A DNA stretch of 64,000 bases from Candidatus Omnitrophota bacterium (GCA_029261065.1 JAJDCB010000006.1:64284-128283); one strand, 5' to 3'; counted from the stretch's first letter, positions 30,608 through 42,481 are shown. Notes: generated by a model not told the origin, from the letters alone. Program-made: numbers and translations.

Positions 30608-31663
30608 TTATAACCGAATCCAATCTTTAATCTGAGGATGTTGAAAAATCATAGACTTTTGAACGGTTAGTTCCTGCCCACAACCATTCTCTTTAGCGCG
30701 ACGATACATGGCAATAGCAATAGCAACATCAACATAGGCCAAGCCAACAGCATTAAAATACACTTTTTCATCATCATTTTCACGACCCTTTTTCTCACCC
30801 TTTACAATATCTGTTAAATCTGCATAAATATCGTTATCTGTTAACTCACCATCTTTATACATCCGGCTTAACGTTTGCGTACGATGTTTAACTGTTCCCC
30901 AATCATCACACACAATTTTATCCATACCCTTAGCAACAGCATATTCATCTTCCCAACCACCAACATGACTATAAAAAGCACCAGGCTTAATCCATTGTGC
31001 TTTTAGTAATGGCGCTTGCACACTTGTAGCCGTAACAATAATATCTGCGCCATCTATTGATCGCTCTAAATTTGTTTTTGCTTCAATGAATGTAATATCT
31101 TTAAAAATAGGTTTCATCTCACTAATAAATTGCGCCTCCTCCACGTCTTCTTTTGCTGCAACTCGACACTCTTTTAAACTTGGCATAATAGTTTTCATAG
31201 CAATTAAATGCATTTTTGCCTGTTCACCAGCGCCGATAAATCCAATCGATTCAGCATCTTTCTTTGCTAAATGTTTGGCAGCCAAAGCCCCCATAGCCCC
31301 CACGCGCATATTTGAACACAATGTTCCTTCCATAAAAGCAATCGGAAATCCTTTTTCAATTTCAGAAAGAATAAGAACAGCTGATAAATTCTGCACACCA
31401 AACTTTACTGGATTAGGCGGAAAGACTGAAACCCATTTCATGCCGCAAATTTTATCTTTTAAAAATGTTGCTGGTAAACAATTAATACGTTCTTGAGTAT
31501 CTTCATTAAAAATCTGAACAATTTTCTCAGGAAACAATACTTCATTCTGACTAAAACTTACCAAAGCATTTTCAGCAGCTTCAATAGCCATCTTTAAATC
31601 TAAACACCCAGATTCTAATAAATCTTCTTGTGAAAAATATTTAGCCGTTATTTCATGTTTCAT
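30608..31663 (-). CDS. Ornithine cyclodeaminase/mu-crystallin family protein
   Basis: Rossmann motif IGFIGAGEQA and the family length of ~350 aa. Confidence 0.65.
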   Translation of the reverse strand: MKHEITAKYFSQEDLLESGCLDLKMAIEAAENALVSFSQNEVLFPEKIVQIFNEDTQERINCLPATFLKDKICGMKWVSVFPPNPVKFGVQNLSAVLILSEIEKGFPIAFMEGTLCSNMRVGAMGALAAKHLAKKDAESIGFIGAGEQAKMHLIAMKTIMPSLKECRVAAKEDVEEAQFISEMKPIFKDITFIEAKTNLERSIDGADIIVTATSVQAPLLKAQWIKPGAFYSHVGGWEDEYAVAKGMDKIVCDDWGTVKHRTQTLSRMYKDGELTDNDIYADLTDIVKGEKKGRENDDEKVYFNAVGLAYVDVAIAIAMYRRAKENGCGQELTVQKSMIFQHPQIKDWIRL

Positions 31664-31710
31664 ATCATTTTCCTTTTAACATAATTTTAAAGTACATTTG
31701 AAAGTTAATG

Positions 31711-32139
31711 TCAAATATGCTGCCGCTGCTCTAAAATAACAGAAATAGCATGACAAGCATCGACAGCTGTAAAAATACCTACCAATTTTTTATTTTGAAT
31801 AATAATTGCGCACCCATAATGATGCGCGGCCATTTCTTTAGCCACGTCAGACAAATGTGCATCTGGTTCAACGATATAAGGATTCTGATGATAAATATCA
31901 CTAACATGCATTTGTGATACATCTACATCCTTTAATGAACACGCTGTTTTAATATCATGATCACTTAAAACACCAGTAATTTCTCCATCACGCGTAACGG
32001 GTAGATGTCTAATTTCCAATTCTGACATTTTTGATTGGGCTTGAGCAATTGTTGACGTTTCTTCAATCGATACAGGTAAAGTTGTCATAAATTTTTGTAC
32101 CATTGGATTTTCTTTCGACATAAAATCTCCATTTATCAA
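31711..32139 (-). CDS. CBS-pair domain protein
   Basis: 142 aa with two CBS-like repeats. Confidence 0.65.
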   Translation of the reverse strand: MINGDFMSKENPMVQKFMTTLPVSIEETSTIAQAQSKMSELEIRHLPVTRDGEITGVLSDHDIKTACSLKDVDVSQMHVSDIYHQNPYIVEPDAHLSDVAKEMAAHHYGCAIIIQNKKLVGIFTAVDACHAISVILEQRQHI

Positions 32140-32280
32140 AAATTATTATTAAGAGAATACTATAGTATATAAAATTAAACTATCAAAAGTATAGAAATCT
32201 GTCAACTCACTTATAATTTCATGAACATTATCATACTATTATTACGCCTCGAAGCCCTTTAGCTAAATCATACTTAATGA

Positions 32281-32320
32281 CCTTCGGGTTCTGAACCCAC
32301 AGGACTTTTTTTGACCTGTT
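32281..32320 (+). terminator. Plus-strand intrinsic-terminator-like hairpin GGGTTC-T-GAACCC (extended, imperfect) followed by a T7 run
   Basis: Palindrome GACCTTCGGGTTCTGAACCCACAGGAC then TTTTTTT; the T-tract is only on the plus strand, although all annotated genes are on the minus strand. Confidence 0.4.
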
Positions 32321-32536
32321 CATTTGTTAATAATTTACGATATGAGAGGTGTCATGATGTGCTAAATCAGTACCAATTTGATTGGTTATTTATTCATCAT
32401 ACTTTAGGATAGCATTTTGATTAGGTTGAACAAACTTCTACCTTGCTTCATCAAAAAAAAGCACTTCTGCGGAGTAGTGTGTCATCATAATTCTTTTGTC
32501 TAACATTTCTGGAAACTGATTGATAGACGTTCACTT

Positions 32537-34855
32537 TTATTTACCATACTGTAGAATTATTTCCTTCAATTTAGCAACGGCAATTGGTTTTCCGAGAAAA
32601 TCATTCATTCCCGCATTTTTTGCACTCTTTTTGTCTTCCTCTAACACAGCTGCTGTTAATGCAATAATAGGCAAATTCTTTGTAATTTCTTCACGAATAA
32701 TCTTTGTTGCATCAATACCTCCCATAATAGGCATCTGCAAATCCATAAGACATAAATCATATTCCTTATTCTCTTTTAATTTATCGATAGCCTCCTGCCC
32801 ATTATTAAAAAATTCTCCTTTACAACCCAGCTGCTTAAAATATTCGCCAATTAATAATTGATTGGTAAGGACATCTTCAACAACCATTACAGTAATCCCC
32901 TTACATGAGCCTGTTAATTCATCGACCCCTCTGGTTTCAACTTTCCCATTGGGACCCATCACACTACTAAAAGCATTCATCAAAGCTTGCTTTGAAACCG
33001 GCTTTGTTACATAAGCATTAAATATTTGATTTTTGGGATCATGCTCCGTCTCTGCATTAATATCTGCTGTTACAGCAATGAAAACAGTTTTATTAAATTT
33101 ATCATTAAACCTAATCCTCTCTACCATTTGAAATCCGCTCATTTCCTTCATGATGATATCACTCACAATTATATCTGGAACGACATTTTTGGAATGGATT
33201 AATTCATCCAACTTATGTAAAGTTTCATTGGGCGATCTGCTCATACCTAAAATTCTTAAATTCAATGTTTCACAACACCTCTCAATAATTTTTAAAGAAA
33301 TTTGATTATCGTCTACAATAAACACTGTCTTATCACTTACTATATCAACCATTTTTAAGGGTTCTTCTCGGGCCTGCGATTTTTCCAAAGGCAATGTAAA
33401 AATAAATTCGCTTCCCTCTCCTTCTTTGGACTCAATCCATATTTCTCCTTCCATGGCTTCAACCAATGCCTTGGTGATCGTTAACCCCAAACCAGTTCCG
33501 CCAAATTTTCTCGTCGTTGATTCATCAGCCTGTGAAAACGATTCAAAAATTTTATCTTTTTTCTCCGAAGAAATTCCAATTCCACTGTCTTTTACAATAC
33601 ACTTAAGGACAACCTTATTTTTAAATGATTGTTTTTCAGACTTTTTGATAATGACACCGATCTCACCTTCTGAAGTAAATTTAATCGCGTTACCTAATAA
33701 ATTAACAAAGATTTGTTTTATACGTGTCGGATCTCCTTTTAAAAAAACAGGAGCTTCCAAGTCGATATCAACATAAGTGTCAAACGGCTTATCCTTCATT
33801 TTAGCCGCAATCATTTGAAATACTTCATAAATTATCTTTTCTAAATTAAAATCAACAACTTCTAGTTTTATTTTTCCTGATTCTAACTTTGAAATATCCA
33901 ATATATCATCGATAATACCAAGCAATAATTCCCCGCTTCCTTGAACAGAATTGAGATAACTCTTTTGCTTATCACTTAAAGACGTCTTTTCTAATAAATC
34001 GCTAAAACCCAAAATAGAATTCATCGGCGTACGTATTTCATGACTCATATTAGCAAGAAAGTCGCTCTTGGCTTTTGCCGCCTTGGTTGCCGCCTTGGAT
34101 AACTCTTCAGCTTTATCTTTTGAGATTATTGTTTTTTGTAAATTCTCCGCCATAGAATTAAACGACTTGGCCAAAGCACCAATTTCATCTTTTGACTGTA
34201 TATCAACTTTAAAATCAAAGTTTCCCTCCGCAATTTTTTTTGTTCCCTCTACTAATTTAGAAATTGGCCGATTAATCATTCTTGAAAATAACAAAGCAAA
34301 AAGGATCCCCACCAAAATCACAATCAACCCCAACTTAATATTTTCTTTCTGAACCACAACTAACTCTTCCTTTATGTGTTCAAAAGTAAGACCGACACGG
34401 ATACCACCTAACTTTTCATCTCCAAGAAAAATTGGAACCGTAATATCTAAAACATCATTATTCTTCTGAATCAACTGAGAGTGCGCTTTAATGGCATTTT
34501 GACTAAACGTATCATCAAGAATATCATCACGAAATTTATTTTCAATTGTCCCATCTGTAAGTATTCGCCCATCTTCATCAAAAGCATAGACATAGATAAC
34601 AACATCTTGCGCTAACGCGTTAGATAAATTTGTTCTCAACAGTCCTAGATTATATTGTTTAAGAGGATTAACAACATTCGCTTTCAAAATCTTTGCCATT
34701 CCAACAGCATTATCTGTTAAATAATCTTGAGATTGCTTCTTTTGTTCTTTGATGTTAAAGAAAATGAAAGTACTGCTGGAGATAAAAACAATAATAAGGA
34801 TACCGTAGAGAAGCTTTGCTCTCAAACTTAAATTAAACTGACTAATAATTGCCAT
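32537..34855 (-). CDS. Hybrid sensor histidine kinase/response regulator (TM-HAMP-HisKA-HATPase-REC-REC)
   Basis: H-box SHEIRTPMN, N/G-box HATPase motifs, two receiver domains with conserved Asp (VSDIIM, CLMDLQMP). Confidence 0.85.
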   Translation of the reverse strand: MAIISQFNLSLRAKLLYGILIIVFISSSTFIFFNIKEQKKQSQDYLTDNAVGMAKILKANVVNPLKQYNLGLLRTNLSNALAQDVVIYVYAFDEDGRILTDGTIENKFRDDILDDTFSQNAIKAHSQLIQKNNDVLDITVPIFLGDEKLGGIRVGLTFEHIKEELVVVQKENIKLGLIVILVGILFALLFSRMINRPISKLVEGTKKIAEGNFDFKVDIQSKDEIGALAKSFNSMAENLQKTIISKDKAEELSKAATKAAKAKSDFLANMSHEIRTPMNSILGFSDLLEKTSLSDKQKSYLNSVQGSGELLLGIIDDILDISKLESGKIKLEVVDFNLEKIIYEVFQMIAAKMKDKPFDTYVDIDLEAPVFLKGDPTRIKQIFVNLLGNAIKFTSEGEIGVIIKKSEKQSFKNKVVLKCIVKDSGIGISSEKKDKIFESFSQADESTTRKFGGTGLGLTITKALVEAMEGEIWIESKEGEGSEFIFTLPLEKSQAREEPLKMVDIVSDKTVFIVDDNQISLKIIERCCETLNLRILGMSRSPNETLHKLDELIHSKNVVPDIIVSDIIMKEMSGFQMVERIRFNDKFNKTVFIAVTADINAETEHDPKNQIFNAYVTKPVSKQALMNAFSSVMGPNGKVETRGVDELTGSCKGITVMVVEDVLTNQLLIGEYFKQLGCKGEFFNNGQEAIDKLKENKEYDLCLMDLQMPIMGGIDATKIIREEITKNLPIIALTAAVLEEDKKSAKNAGMNDFLGKPIAVAKLKEIILQYGK

Positions 34856-34870
34856 TAATTTCCCTTAAAT

Positions 34871-35767
34871 TTATTTTAGGTATTCTGACAATTCTTGAAT
34901 AGGAAGAAAATAATCTTGATCGCCTTTTGGAAACTCATCAAATTTTGCCGTTTTCTCAAAACCTTTAAGAATCGATTGACCATCCTTAGACATATGTGCG
35001 TTTAACAACACTTCTTTAACAGCTAATACGATGTTTGGATCTAAATCTTTTCTATAGGCAACAACCTGTCTAGGAACGCTAATTGTCTCAAATATTATCT
35101 TTAATTCGTCTGCTCTTTTTTTTGCCAGCTCCTTAAAATTCTTCATGCTTAGAGCACCTGCATCTACCTTATTTCGAAGAACCCACATCATTGTCGTTTC
35201 ATCATCGTAAGAATTCACATACCCTAACTTTTCCTCAGGCACAAGATCCATAAATGATTCTTTTTCCTCAAGAAGAATGCCTGCTTGAAGCAAACTTGAC
35301 CTTGGTAGAAGACTTGATGATGTCGAAAATGGTTCTTCAAAAGAAATCATTTTTCCATTTAATTCTTGAATCGAATTTATTCCACTATCTTTGCGCACAA
35401 AAATTACAGAATTGTATTCTACGACACCTTTCTTCCAACGTCTAACCAATGGCTCAACACCCACCTTTGCTCCAATTTGTAATACTGGAAAAGGACTATC
35501 TATATAGAGGTCTATCTCACGCTTCTTTAATAACGAGACCATTTCATCCACAGACGTAGCAACGACAACTTTTTCAGATTCAATCCCCTGCTCCTTTAAC
35601 TGCGAGGCCAAATATTGAACAAAAGGTCTATATGTTTCAACTTCTTCTTTAGGTTCACTCGTTATAGTCCCTACCTTAATGAACTTGTCGTTAGCACTAA
35701 CATTTGAAGTAGCGCTAGCCATAAAGGTCATTACTATAAAAAATAACACTCCATATCGATTTTTCAT
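34871..35767 (-). CDS. Periplasmic substrate-binding protein, PhnD/SsuA-like fold
   Basis: Signal peptide; type-2 periplasmic binding protein profile; 15-bp gap to the sensor kinase suggests a co-sensing partner. Confidence 0.5.
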   Translation of the reverse strand: MKNRYGVLFFIVMTFMASATSNVSANDKFIKVGTITSEPKEEVETYRPFVQYLASQLKEQGIESEKVVVATSVDEMVSLLKKREIDLYIDSPFPVLQIGAKVGVEPLVRRWKKGVVEYNSVIFVRKDSGINSIQELNGKMISFEEPFSTSSSLLPRSSLLQAGILLEEKESFMDLVPEEKLGYVNSYDDETTMMWVLRNKVDAGALSMKNFKELAKKRADELKIIFETISVPRQVVAYRKDLDPNIVLAVKEVLLNAHMSKDGQSILKGFEKTAKFDEFPKGDQDYFLPIQELSEYLK

Positions 35768-35790
35768 ACACGTTCCCTTCCTATTATTTT

Positions 35791-37137
35791 TTAAAATTCG
35801 TATTCAAGCTGCATCACAAATTCATTATTATCAATATCACCAGCACCTGTTGTTTCTTTTTCAATGGTGTATTCCGTTTTAAGTTTGAAGTTCTCAACAA
35901 TGTCAGTAATAACGGCAAAGGTAAATTCTTCTCGATCCCATGACACTGGCTTATCAAATGTCTTAGGACTATCCACCACTAAGGCGCCATACCTAAACAA
36001 AAGCCTATGATCATTGATATACTTCCAACCAAAGGGTAGCTCAAATTTATACGATGGTTGAACAAACCAAGCATATCGCTCTAATTGACCATCCTTGGCA
36101 TCAATAAACTGACCAAAGAAGTGAAAGTTTTCGCGCTCATATTCAAGATTAACACCTGCCCTGTATTGATCATGGGTTTCAACGCCATAACTATTAAGAT
36201 TAGCCTTTAAAACAGCAATGTCTGCTGCACTTAAGTGATCATAAAGTCCAAAAACTAAAACATCAATTTCACCAAGATCGTCTAATTCTTTCTTGATCCC
36301 AATACCAGCAGAAACTTGTTTAATTCCATTCCATGCCGACTTTCTATGATCATCATGAAGAACTGAATAAGCATCAGAAACAGAATCATCTTCTCCGGTA
36401 GGTCTTAAATCTAATTCCGTACCTTGACCCCAGGCTAACGCTGTGTAAAATGTTTCGAATTCTGATTCCAACAAAAACCCAACCTCTTCATCCCTCCAGA
36501 AAGCATTAGCAATTAAAGGATATCTTTCGGTCAGATGGTTTGCTTTAAAGAAACGGTCATCTTTTCCTATTTGTAAGGTTGTGTTAAAAGGCAGAAGGTT
36601 TTTAAAAATAAAATAAAACTCATCCGGATCAACTTCAGACTCTGCAAAGTCTAAATCTGCCTCGAAGCGTATATTTTCCGTTATTTGAATTTCAGGTTCT
36701 AAACGAATCTTATCCAATTGAAAATGGGGTTCGGCCTCTCCTGTTGAAACATCCTTTCCTGTATCGACAAACTCCCATTCAATCTCTCCATGCCACTCAA
36801 TTTTATGAAACAAATCCTCTGGACGTACCGCGCTATGACCTTCTCCGGAACTAGCCACTTGAACCTCTAAAGAATCAATTTCTTTTTCCATCTGAACAAT
36901 CTTCTCTGCAGAGACTGTTTTGTGACCGGCTTCTTTTTCAGATTCCAATTTATTAATTTTCTTCTGCATTTTTTGCATTTCTTCTGCTTGCGATTTTATC
37001 TGTATTTGCATAACCTTCATTTGTTCTTTTAATTCAGAAAAATCATCCGCATAAAGTGGCGTTAAAAACGATGATAAAAAAATAGCCGTTAAAAAAACAG
37101 AAATCATCGAAATTCTATTCATTTTATACTCTCCCAA
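35791..37137 (-). CDS. Outer membrane porin-like protein with an N-terminal coiled-coil
   Basis: Signal peptide, ~70-aa heptad-rich Q/K/E/M segment, then an alternating beta-strand region ending in a C-terminal Phe (LEYEF); paralogue at 45166..46389. Confidence 0.5.
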   Translation of the reverse strand: MGEYKMNRISMISVFLTAIFLSSFLTPLYADDFSELKEQMKVMQIQIKSQAEEMQKMQKKINKLESEKEAGHKTVSAEKIVQMEKEIDSLEVQVASSGEGHSAVRPEDLFHKIEWHGEIEWEFVDTGKDVSTGEAEPHFQLDKIRLEPEIQITENIRFEADLDFAESEVDPDEFYFIFKNLLPFNTTLQIGKDDRFFKANHLTERYPLIANAFWRDEEVGFLLESEFETFYTALAWGQGTELDLRPTGEDDSVSDAYSVLHDDHRKSAWNGIKQVSAGIGIKKELDDLGEIDVLVFGLYDHLSAADIAVLKANLNSYGVETHDQYRAGVNLEYERENFHFFGQFIDAKDGQLERYAWFVQPSYKFELPFGWKYINDHRLLFRYGALVVDSPKTFDKPVSWDREEFTFAVITDIVENFKLKTEYTIEKETTGAGDIDNNEFVMQLEYEF

Positions 37138-37295
37138 TTTATATAAGCTTAATAATAGTATTAAAAGACTTTTTAATCATAGTTGAATACACATGCTACA
37201 ACAACTACAAACTGCTATTTATCGATACCGCGCTCTATCATTAATAGGCATAAAAAAAACCTTTCGAGTTTTTGGAAAAACCGATTGGGGAAATA

Positions 37296-37380
37296 TTAAT
37301 TTACTGGTGTTTACTGCTGTTTGCTTATTATCAGGCTTATTGTGTTACATATATGTTATCGCGTTTTTTCAAATTTTGCT
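37296..37380. repeat. Upstream element R2: three TTTACTG/TTTACTG/TTTGCTT heptamers at exact 10-bp spacing plus TTGTGTTACATATATGTTATCGC
   Basis: Same family as 30437..30590 and 43345..43440. Confidence 0.6.
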
Positions 37381-37502
37381 TCCAAACTTTATAATGAGGG
37401 CTGACACCATATCATTGTTCTTAATTAAGAAGTTGATCCTTATCATTCCTATTTTTATCCATATCTTGATACAACCAAACCATTCGATCTAAAAACCAAG
37501 TC

Positions 37503-38057
37503 TTACCAAGCATTGTGATCACTGTTCCAAATACCGCATTTTTTAATACGTTCACCCACATAGGTGACGCCAAGTCCTAGAAGTGCACTTAAACAGTTTA
37601 ACCCAACATCTTTCAATTCATAATACCGATCGGGCAATAGATACTGTATTCCTTCATCACCCCACCCAGCCAATGACGTTAATAAAAATGCCAACAGATA
37701 GACCAAAGGCGGATTAACACTTAAGCGCAATGCCTGAAAAACGAGAAAAACGAGCACCCCATATTGGATAAAATGAAATCTCTCCTCGGGTAATGGGATA
37801 CTCACAATTGAAATACCGTACGCTAACAAAATCATAATAATACAAAGAACACTCAAAACATCAATGGAACGATAGCGTTGATATAACCATCGAAACGCGA
37901 TAAAAACAATAATCAAAAAAATAAAACCGAGAGTCAGCCGCAGAAGATTGCGTTCTCGTAAAAATGTGGCAATAGGCCGCACAAACGGTAAACTAGCGTA
38001 AATAGATAAAAGCCAACCAAGTGCCCACGCCCACCTTAACTTCAAACTATTTCTCAC
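37503..38057 (-). CDS. VanZ-like family membrane protein
   Basis: 4-5 TM helices and a C-terminal GWGDEGIQYLLPDRYYELKDVGLNCLSALLG block matching the VanZ motif (DE..Q...P.R....D...N..G). Confidence 0.55.
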   Translation of the reverse strand: MRNSLKLRWAWALGWLLSIYASLPFVRPIATFLRERNLLRLTLGFIFLIIVFIAFRWLYQRYRSIDVLSVLCIIMILLAYGISIVSIPLPEERFHFIQYGVLVFLVFQALRLSVNPPLVYLLAFLLTSLAGWGDEGIQYLLPDRYYELKDVGLNCLSALLGLGVTYVGERIKKCGIWNSDHNAW

Positions 38058-38899
38058 ATCTTCTCCTTATTAACCAGCCAGCCATCGATGTCTGCAATCA
38101 ACTTAATATTTCCGTTGTAATCCGTACGATACAATGGTGCCCGCCATTTATTAAGGAGATTTAAATCAGGCAGATTCCATTGATTAGGCCCGGTCGAAAC
38201 AATAGCCGGCCTGGCTAAAAATAATTCTTTCATGGTCTCTGAAATATTATCGCCATGATGTGGCACCTGTAATGCATCAGCCATTTTTAATTGAGGGTAG
38301 CGTGATAAATAATAATCCTGGCGGGCTTGTCCGATATCGGAAGTTAGCCAAAGAGAACTTTCTTCATCTTTAATAAAACTCTGAATGGAATTATCATTGC
38401 GGCTGGATTGCGGATCAATGTGACAAAAAATTTGCAATACGGCCTTCTCTGCGAGAGGAAGAATTTGTTGTCCATCATCAAACACACTAACTGGGATACC
38501 AAGTTGAGACAAACTCTCAAGCAGCTGCGTGTATTCTTCTGGACCTTCGAGGCTATTGATAATCACTTCTTTAATGACAATGTTACCCAACAAATCATCA
38601 AGCCCCAGAAAATGATTATGATCAGCATGAGTAATAACAACCGCTTCGAGCGTATCAACCCCTCGATCTTTTAAAGAATCCAAAACCGACTCACCGGCAT
38701 CAATCAAATACTGCTTGCCGCCGGTAACACCCACCAAGATAGCGTCAGCATAACCGACGTCAAAAAAAGTAACTTCCGTACGCTGCTCATCTTGCGCGTC
38801 TGGTGCAACGATAGCAAACACACATAAACAAAGTACTAAAACAATTCTAAGAAAAATTCGCCTAATATGAGGAAATAACATGCATTGATTATAACACAA
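38054..38899 (-). CDS. MBL-fold metallo-hydrolase (ComEC-type lactamase-like domain)
   Basis: Signal peptide; metal-binding motif ITHADHNH; overlaps the VanZ-like gene by 4 bp. Confidence 0.65.
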   Translation of the reverse strand: MCYNQCMLFPHIRRIFLRIVLVLCLCVFAIVAPDAQDEQRTEVTFFDVGYADAILVGVTGGKQYLIDAGESVLDSLKDRGVDTLEAVVITHADHNHFLGLDDLLGNIVIKEVIINSLEGPEEYTQLLESLSQLGIPVSVFDDGQQILPLAEKAVLQIFCHIDPQSSRNDNSIQSFIKDEESSLWLTSDIGQARQDYYLSRYPQLKMADALQVPHHGDNISETMKELFLARPAIVSTGPNQWNLPDLNLLNKWRAPLYRTDYNGNIKLIADIDGWLVNKEKM

Positions 38900-38948
38900 A
38901 ATTGTATAATGAAAACGAAGGGACTACTCTAGACTTGCCGACACCTCT

Positions 38949-39791
38949 CTATTCTTTATACAAATACGAAGCGTGAAAATTAATGTGATCTTCTATGAAT
39001 GTAGAAATGAAATAATAACTATGGTCATACCCTTCTTGAAAACGAATCTCTGCCTTAAACCCAAATTTTTGACAAGCATCTTGTAATATATTCGTCTTAA
39101 GCTGTGTTTCCAAAAACTCATCGCTTGTACCCTGATCAACCAACAGCGGTAAAGACTCTTTATCTTCTTGAATTAAAACGCTAGCATCATAAGCCGCCCA
39201 TGTTTTTTTATCATCACCTAAATAATGTGTGAATACTTTCTTTCCCCAAGGGCACTGCATGGGCGCACATATTGGGGCAAATGCAGATACAGACTTAAAC
39301 ATGGATCTATTTTTTAAAGCTATCACTAACGCTCCATGCCCGCCCATAGAATGACCCGATATACTTAGCCGCCTCATCTCTGCATTAAAATTATCATTGA
39401 TAAGTAAGGGCAGTTCCTTAACAACATAGTCATACATATTATAATTTGTCTTCCAAAGTGTTGTGGTTGCATTAACATAAAACCCTGCACCTGATCCAAA
39501 GTCCCAATGATCATGTTCCCCTTCAATATTTGTCCCCCGAGGACTTGTATCCGGACAAACAATCATAATTCCTTGCCCGTTAGCATATTGCTGAGCTCCT
39601 GCTTTTGCCATAAAGTTTTCTTCACTACATGTTAGCCCAGACAACCAAAACAAAACGGGCACTTTTTTCTCTTTTGCTTTTTCTGGAATAAATACCGAGA
39701 ACTTCATCTCTGTATTTGTAGAAGTGGATTCATGCGAATAATATTTAACCGCACCATCAAAACATTTATTTTCTTTAATAAGTTTAATCAT
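38949..39791 (-). CDS. frmB: S-formylglutathione hydrolase (esterase D family)
   Basis: Catalytic GHSMGGHGA serine motif, ~280 aa, adjacent to class III ADH. Confidence 0.85.
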   Translation of the reverse strand: MIKLIKENKCFDGAVKYYSHESTSTNTEMKFSVFIPEKAKEKKVPVLFWLSGLTCSEENFMAKAGAQQYANGQGIMIVCPDTSPRGTNIEGEHDHWDFGSGAGFYVNATTTLWKTNYNMYDYVVKELPLLINDNFNAEMRRLSISGHSMGGHGALVIALKNRSMFKSVSAFAPICAPMQCPWGKKVFTHYLGDDKKTWAAYDASVLIQEDKESLPLLVDQGTSDEFLETQLKTNILQDACQKFGFKAEIRFQEGYDHSYYFISTFIEDHINFHASYLYKE

Positions 39792-39798
39792 GATTATC

Positions 39799-40923
<1,125 letters not shown>

Positions 40924-40948
40924 TCAAATTTTTGTTTATTGATACTGG

Positions 40949-42358
40949 TTACTTTTTATTTCGGCCATACGGACGTTTCCATTTTGATGCTTTTGGTTTT
41001 CTAGGCGAACCGGATGAAGCTTCTTTCTTTTGTGTCATTGATTTCTTTGGCTTATGTTGCGGCTTTGATTTTTTTACTGTGGATCGAGCTTTAGATGTCT
41101 TAGGCCTACTCTGTGTGTTTGCAGCTTCATACGTTTTTGTTTTCTTTGGTTTCTTTGGTTTCTTTGGTTTCTTTGATTTCTTTGATTTTTTTGGACGCAA
41201 ATCTAGACGAGATGCCGGTAATTTTCGATCAGGGTTAAAACCTTCTATCATCTGACGAGGTATTACCTGTTTAATCAAACGTTCAATATCCGCAAGTTCC
41301 TTAAATTCCTCAGCGGACACCAACGAAAAAGCATGTCCATTGGATCCAGCTCGACCTGTTCGCCCAATACGATGCACATAATCTTCAGCCACATTCGGCA
41401 AATCAAAATTAACAACTTGAGGAAGTTGATTAATATCAATGCCACGAGCAGCAATATCTGTTGCAACTAAAACCCGAACAACTCCCTTCTTAAAATCCGC
41501 GAGTGCTTTTGTGCGAGCTCCTTGACTTTTATTTCCATGGATCGCCGTCGCTGTAATTTTTGATTGTTCCAGATGTTTCGTTAGTCGGTTGGCGCCATGT
41601 TTTGTTCTACAAAAAACAAGAACTTGTTGCCATTTATGTTTATTAATTAATTTCGTAAGTAGCGCTGACTTACTTTTTTTATCCACCGGATGAAGCCACT
41701 GCTCGACCGTATCAACTGTCGTATTGCGTGGCGTTACTGAAATCTCAACTGGATTATTTATAATTGTTTTTGCAAGTGTACGAACTTCATCAGAAAATGT
41801 TGCTGAAAACAATAAACTCTGACGTTTCTTTGGAAGGTGAGATATTATCTTTCGGATATCCTTAATAAATCCCATATCAAGCATACGATCCCCTTCATCT
41901 AAAACTAAAACTTCAAGAGTCGTAAACTTAACGGCTTTCTGATTATAAAGATCCAGTAAACGACCTGGCGTTGCCACGAGCACATCAACACCCCGACGAA
42001 GTTTCTTCATTTGTGGATTAATCCCTACGCCACCGAATACAACGGCAGAACGCAAAGATAAATATTTACCATAAACCTCCACACTCTCGTGAACCTGTGC
42101 GGCCAACTCTCGGGTTGGTGTTAAGATAAGAACACGCGCTTGATTATGTTGAACCGGCTTTCCTTTTGCAAGACCATGCAAAATAGGTAAAACAAACGCC
42201 GCCGTCTTACCCGTGCCTGTTTGCGCCGCTGCCATAACATCTTTTCCTTTAAGCACCGCTTCAATACCCTGGGCTTGAATTGGCGTTGGTGTATCATATC
42301 CTTTATCAGCTATCGCCTTAAGAAGCGCGTCTGACAAACCCATTTCTGAAAATTTCAT
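40949..42358 (-). CDS. rhlE: DEAD-box ATP-dependent RNA helicase (RhlE-like) with a lysine-rich C-terminal tail
   Basis: Q-motif, Walker [24 protein letters not shown]; tail [17 protein letters not shown]. Confidence 0.9.
   Translation of the reverse strand: MKFSEMGLSDALLKAIADKGYDTPTPIQAQGIEAVLKGKDVMAAAQTGTGKTAAFVLPILHGLAKGKPVQHNQARVLILTPTRELAAQVHESVEVYGKYLSLRSAVVFGGVGINPQMKKLRRGVDVLVATPGRLLDLYNQKAVKFTTLEVLVLDEGDRMLDMGFIKDIRKIISHLPKKRQSLLFSATFSDEVRTLAKTIINNPVEISVTPRNTTVDTVEQWLHPVDKKSKSALLTKLINKHKWQQVLVFCRTKHGANRLTKHLEQSKITATAIHGNKSQGARTKALADFKKGVVRVLVATDIAARGIDINQLPQVVNFDLPNVAEDYVHRIGRTGRAGSNGHAFSLVSAEEFKELADIERLIKQVIPRQMIEGFNPDRKLPASRLDLRPKKSKKSKKPKKPKKPKKTKTYEAANTQSRPKTSKARSTVKKSKPQHKPKKSMTQKKEASSGSPRKPKASKWKRPYGRNKK
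41140..41200. repeat. Tandem 9-bp repeat (TTTCTTTGG x4, TTTCTTTGA x2) inside the helicase tail coding region
   Basis: Directly visible tandem repetition; encodes KKPKKPKK on the minus strand. Confidence 0.8.
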
Positions 42359-42429
42359 AAGTTATCTTTTTTTAATTCTGTTTAATATAATTTTTACGGA
42401 AAAGTAACCCTAATTTTTGGGCGTTACCA

Positions 42430-42481
42430 CGCAACATGTTTTCATGTTGCGAAAAGGTAATGCCAGCTTTTGGGCATTACC
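42430..42481 (-). terminator. Two tandem perfect stem-loops; hairpin 2 (GGTAATGCC-8 nt-GGCATTACC) is followed on the minus strand by UUUU
   Basis: CGCAACATG-TTTT-CATGTTGCG (42430..42451) and GGTAATGCC-AGCTTTTG-GGCATTACC (42456..42481), nested in a larger imperfect palindrome TTTTTGGGCG...CGCCCAAAAA (42414..42491). Confidence 0.6.

Noticed and set aside
32258-32320. GGGTTCTGAACCC followed by ACAGGAC looked like the T-arm plus acceptor 3' strand of a tRNA or tRNA-derived att site
   Set aside because: There is no complementary acceptor 5' strand, D-arm or anticodon arm within the expected ~70 nt upstream, and no CCA. It is treated as a terminator-like hairpin instead.
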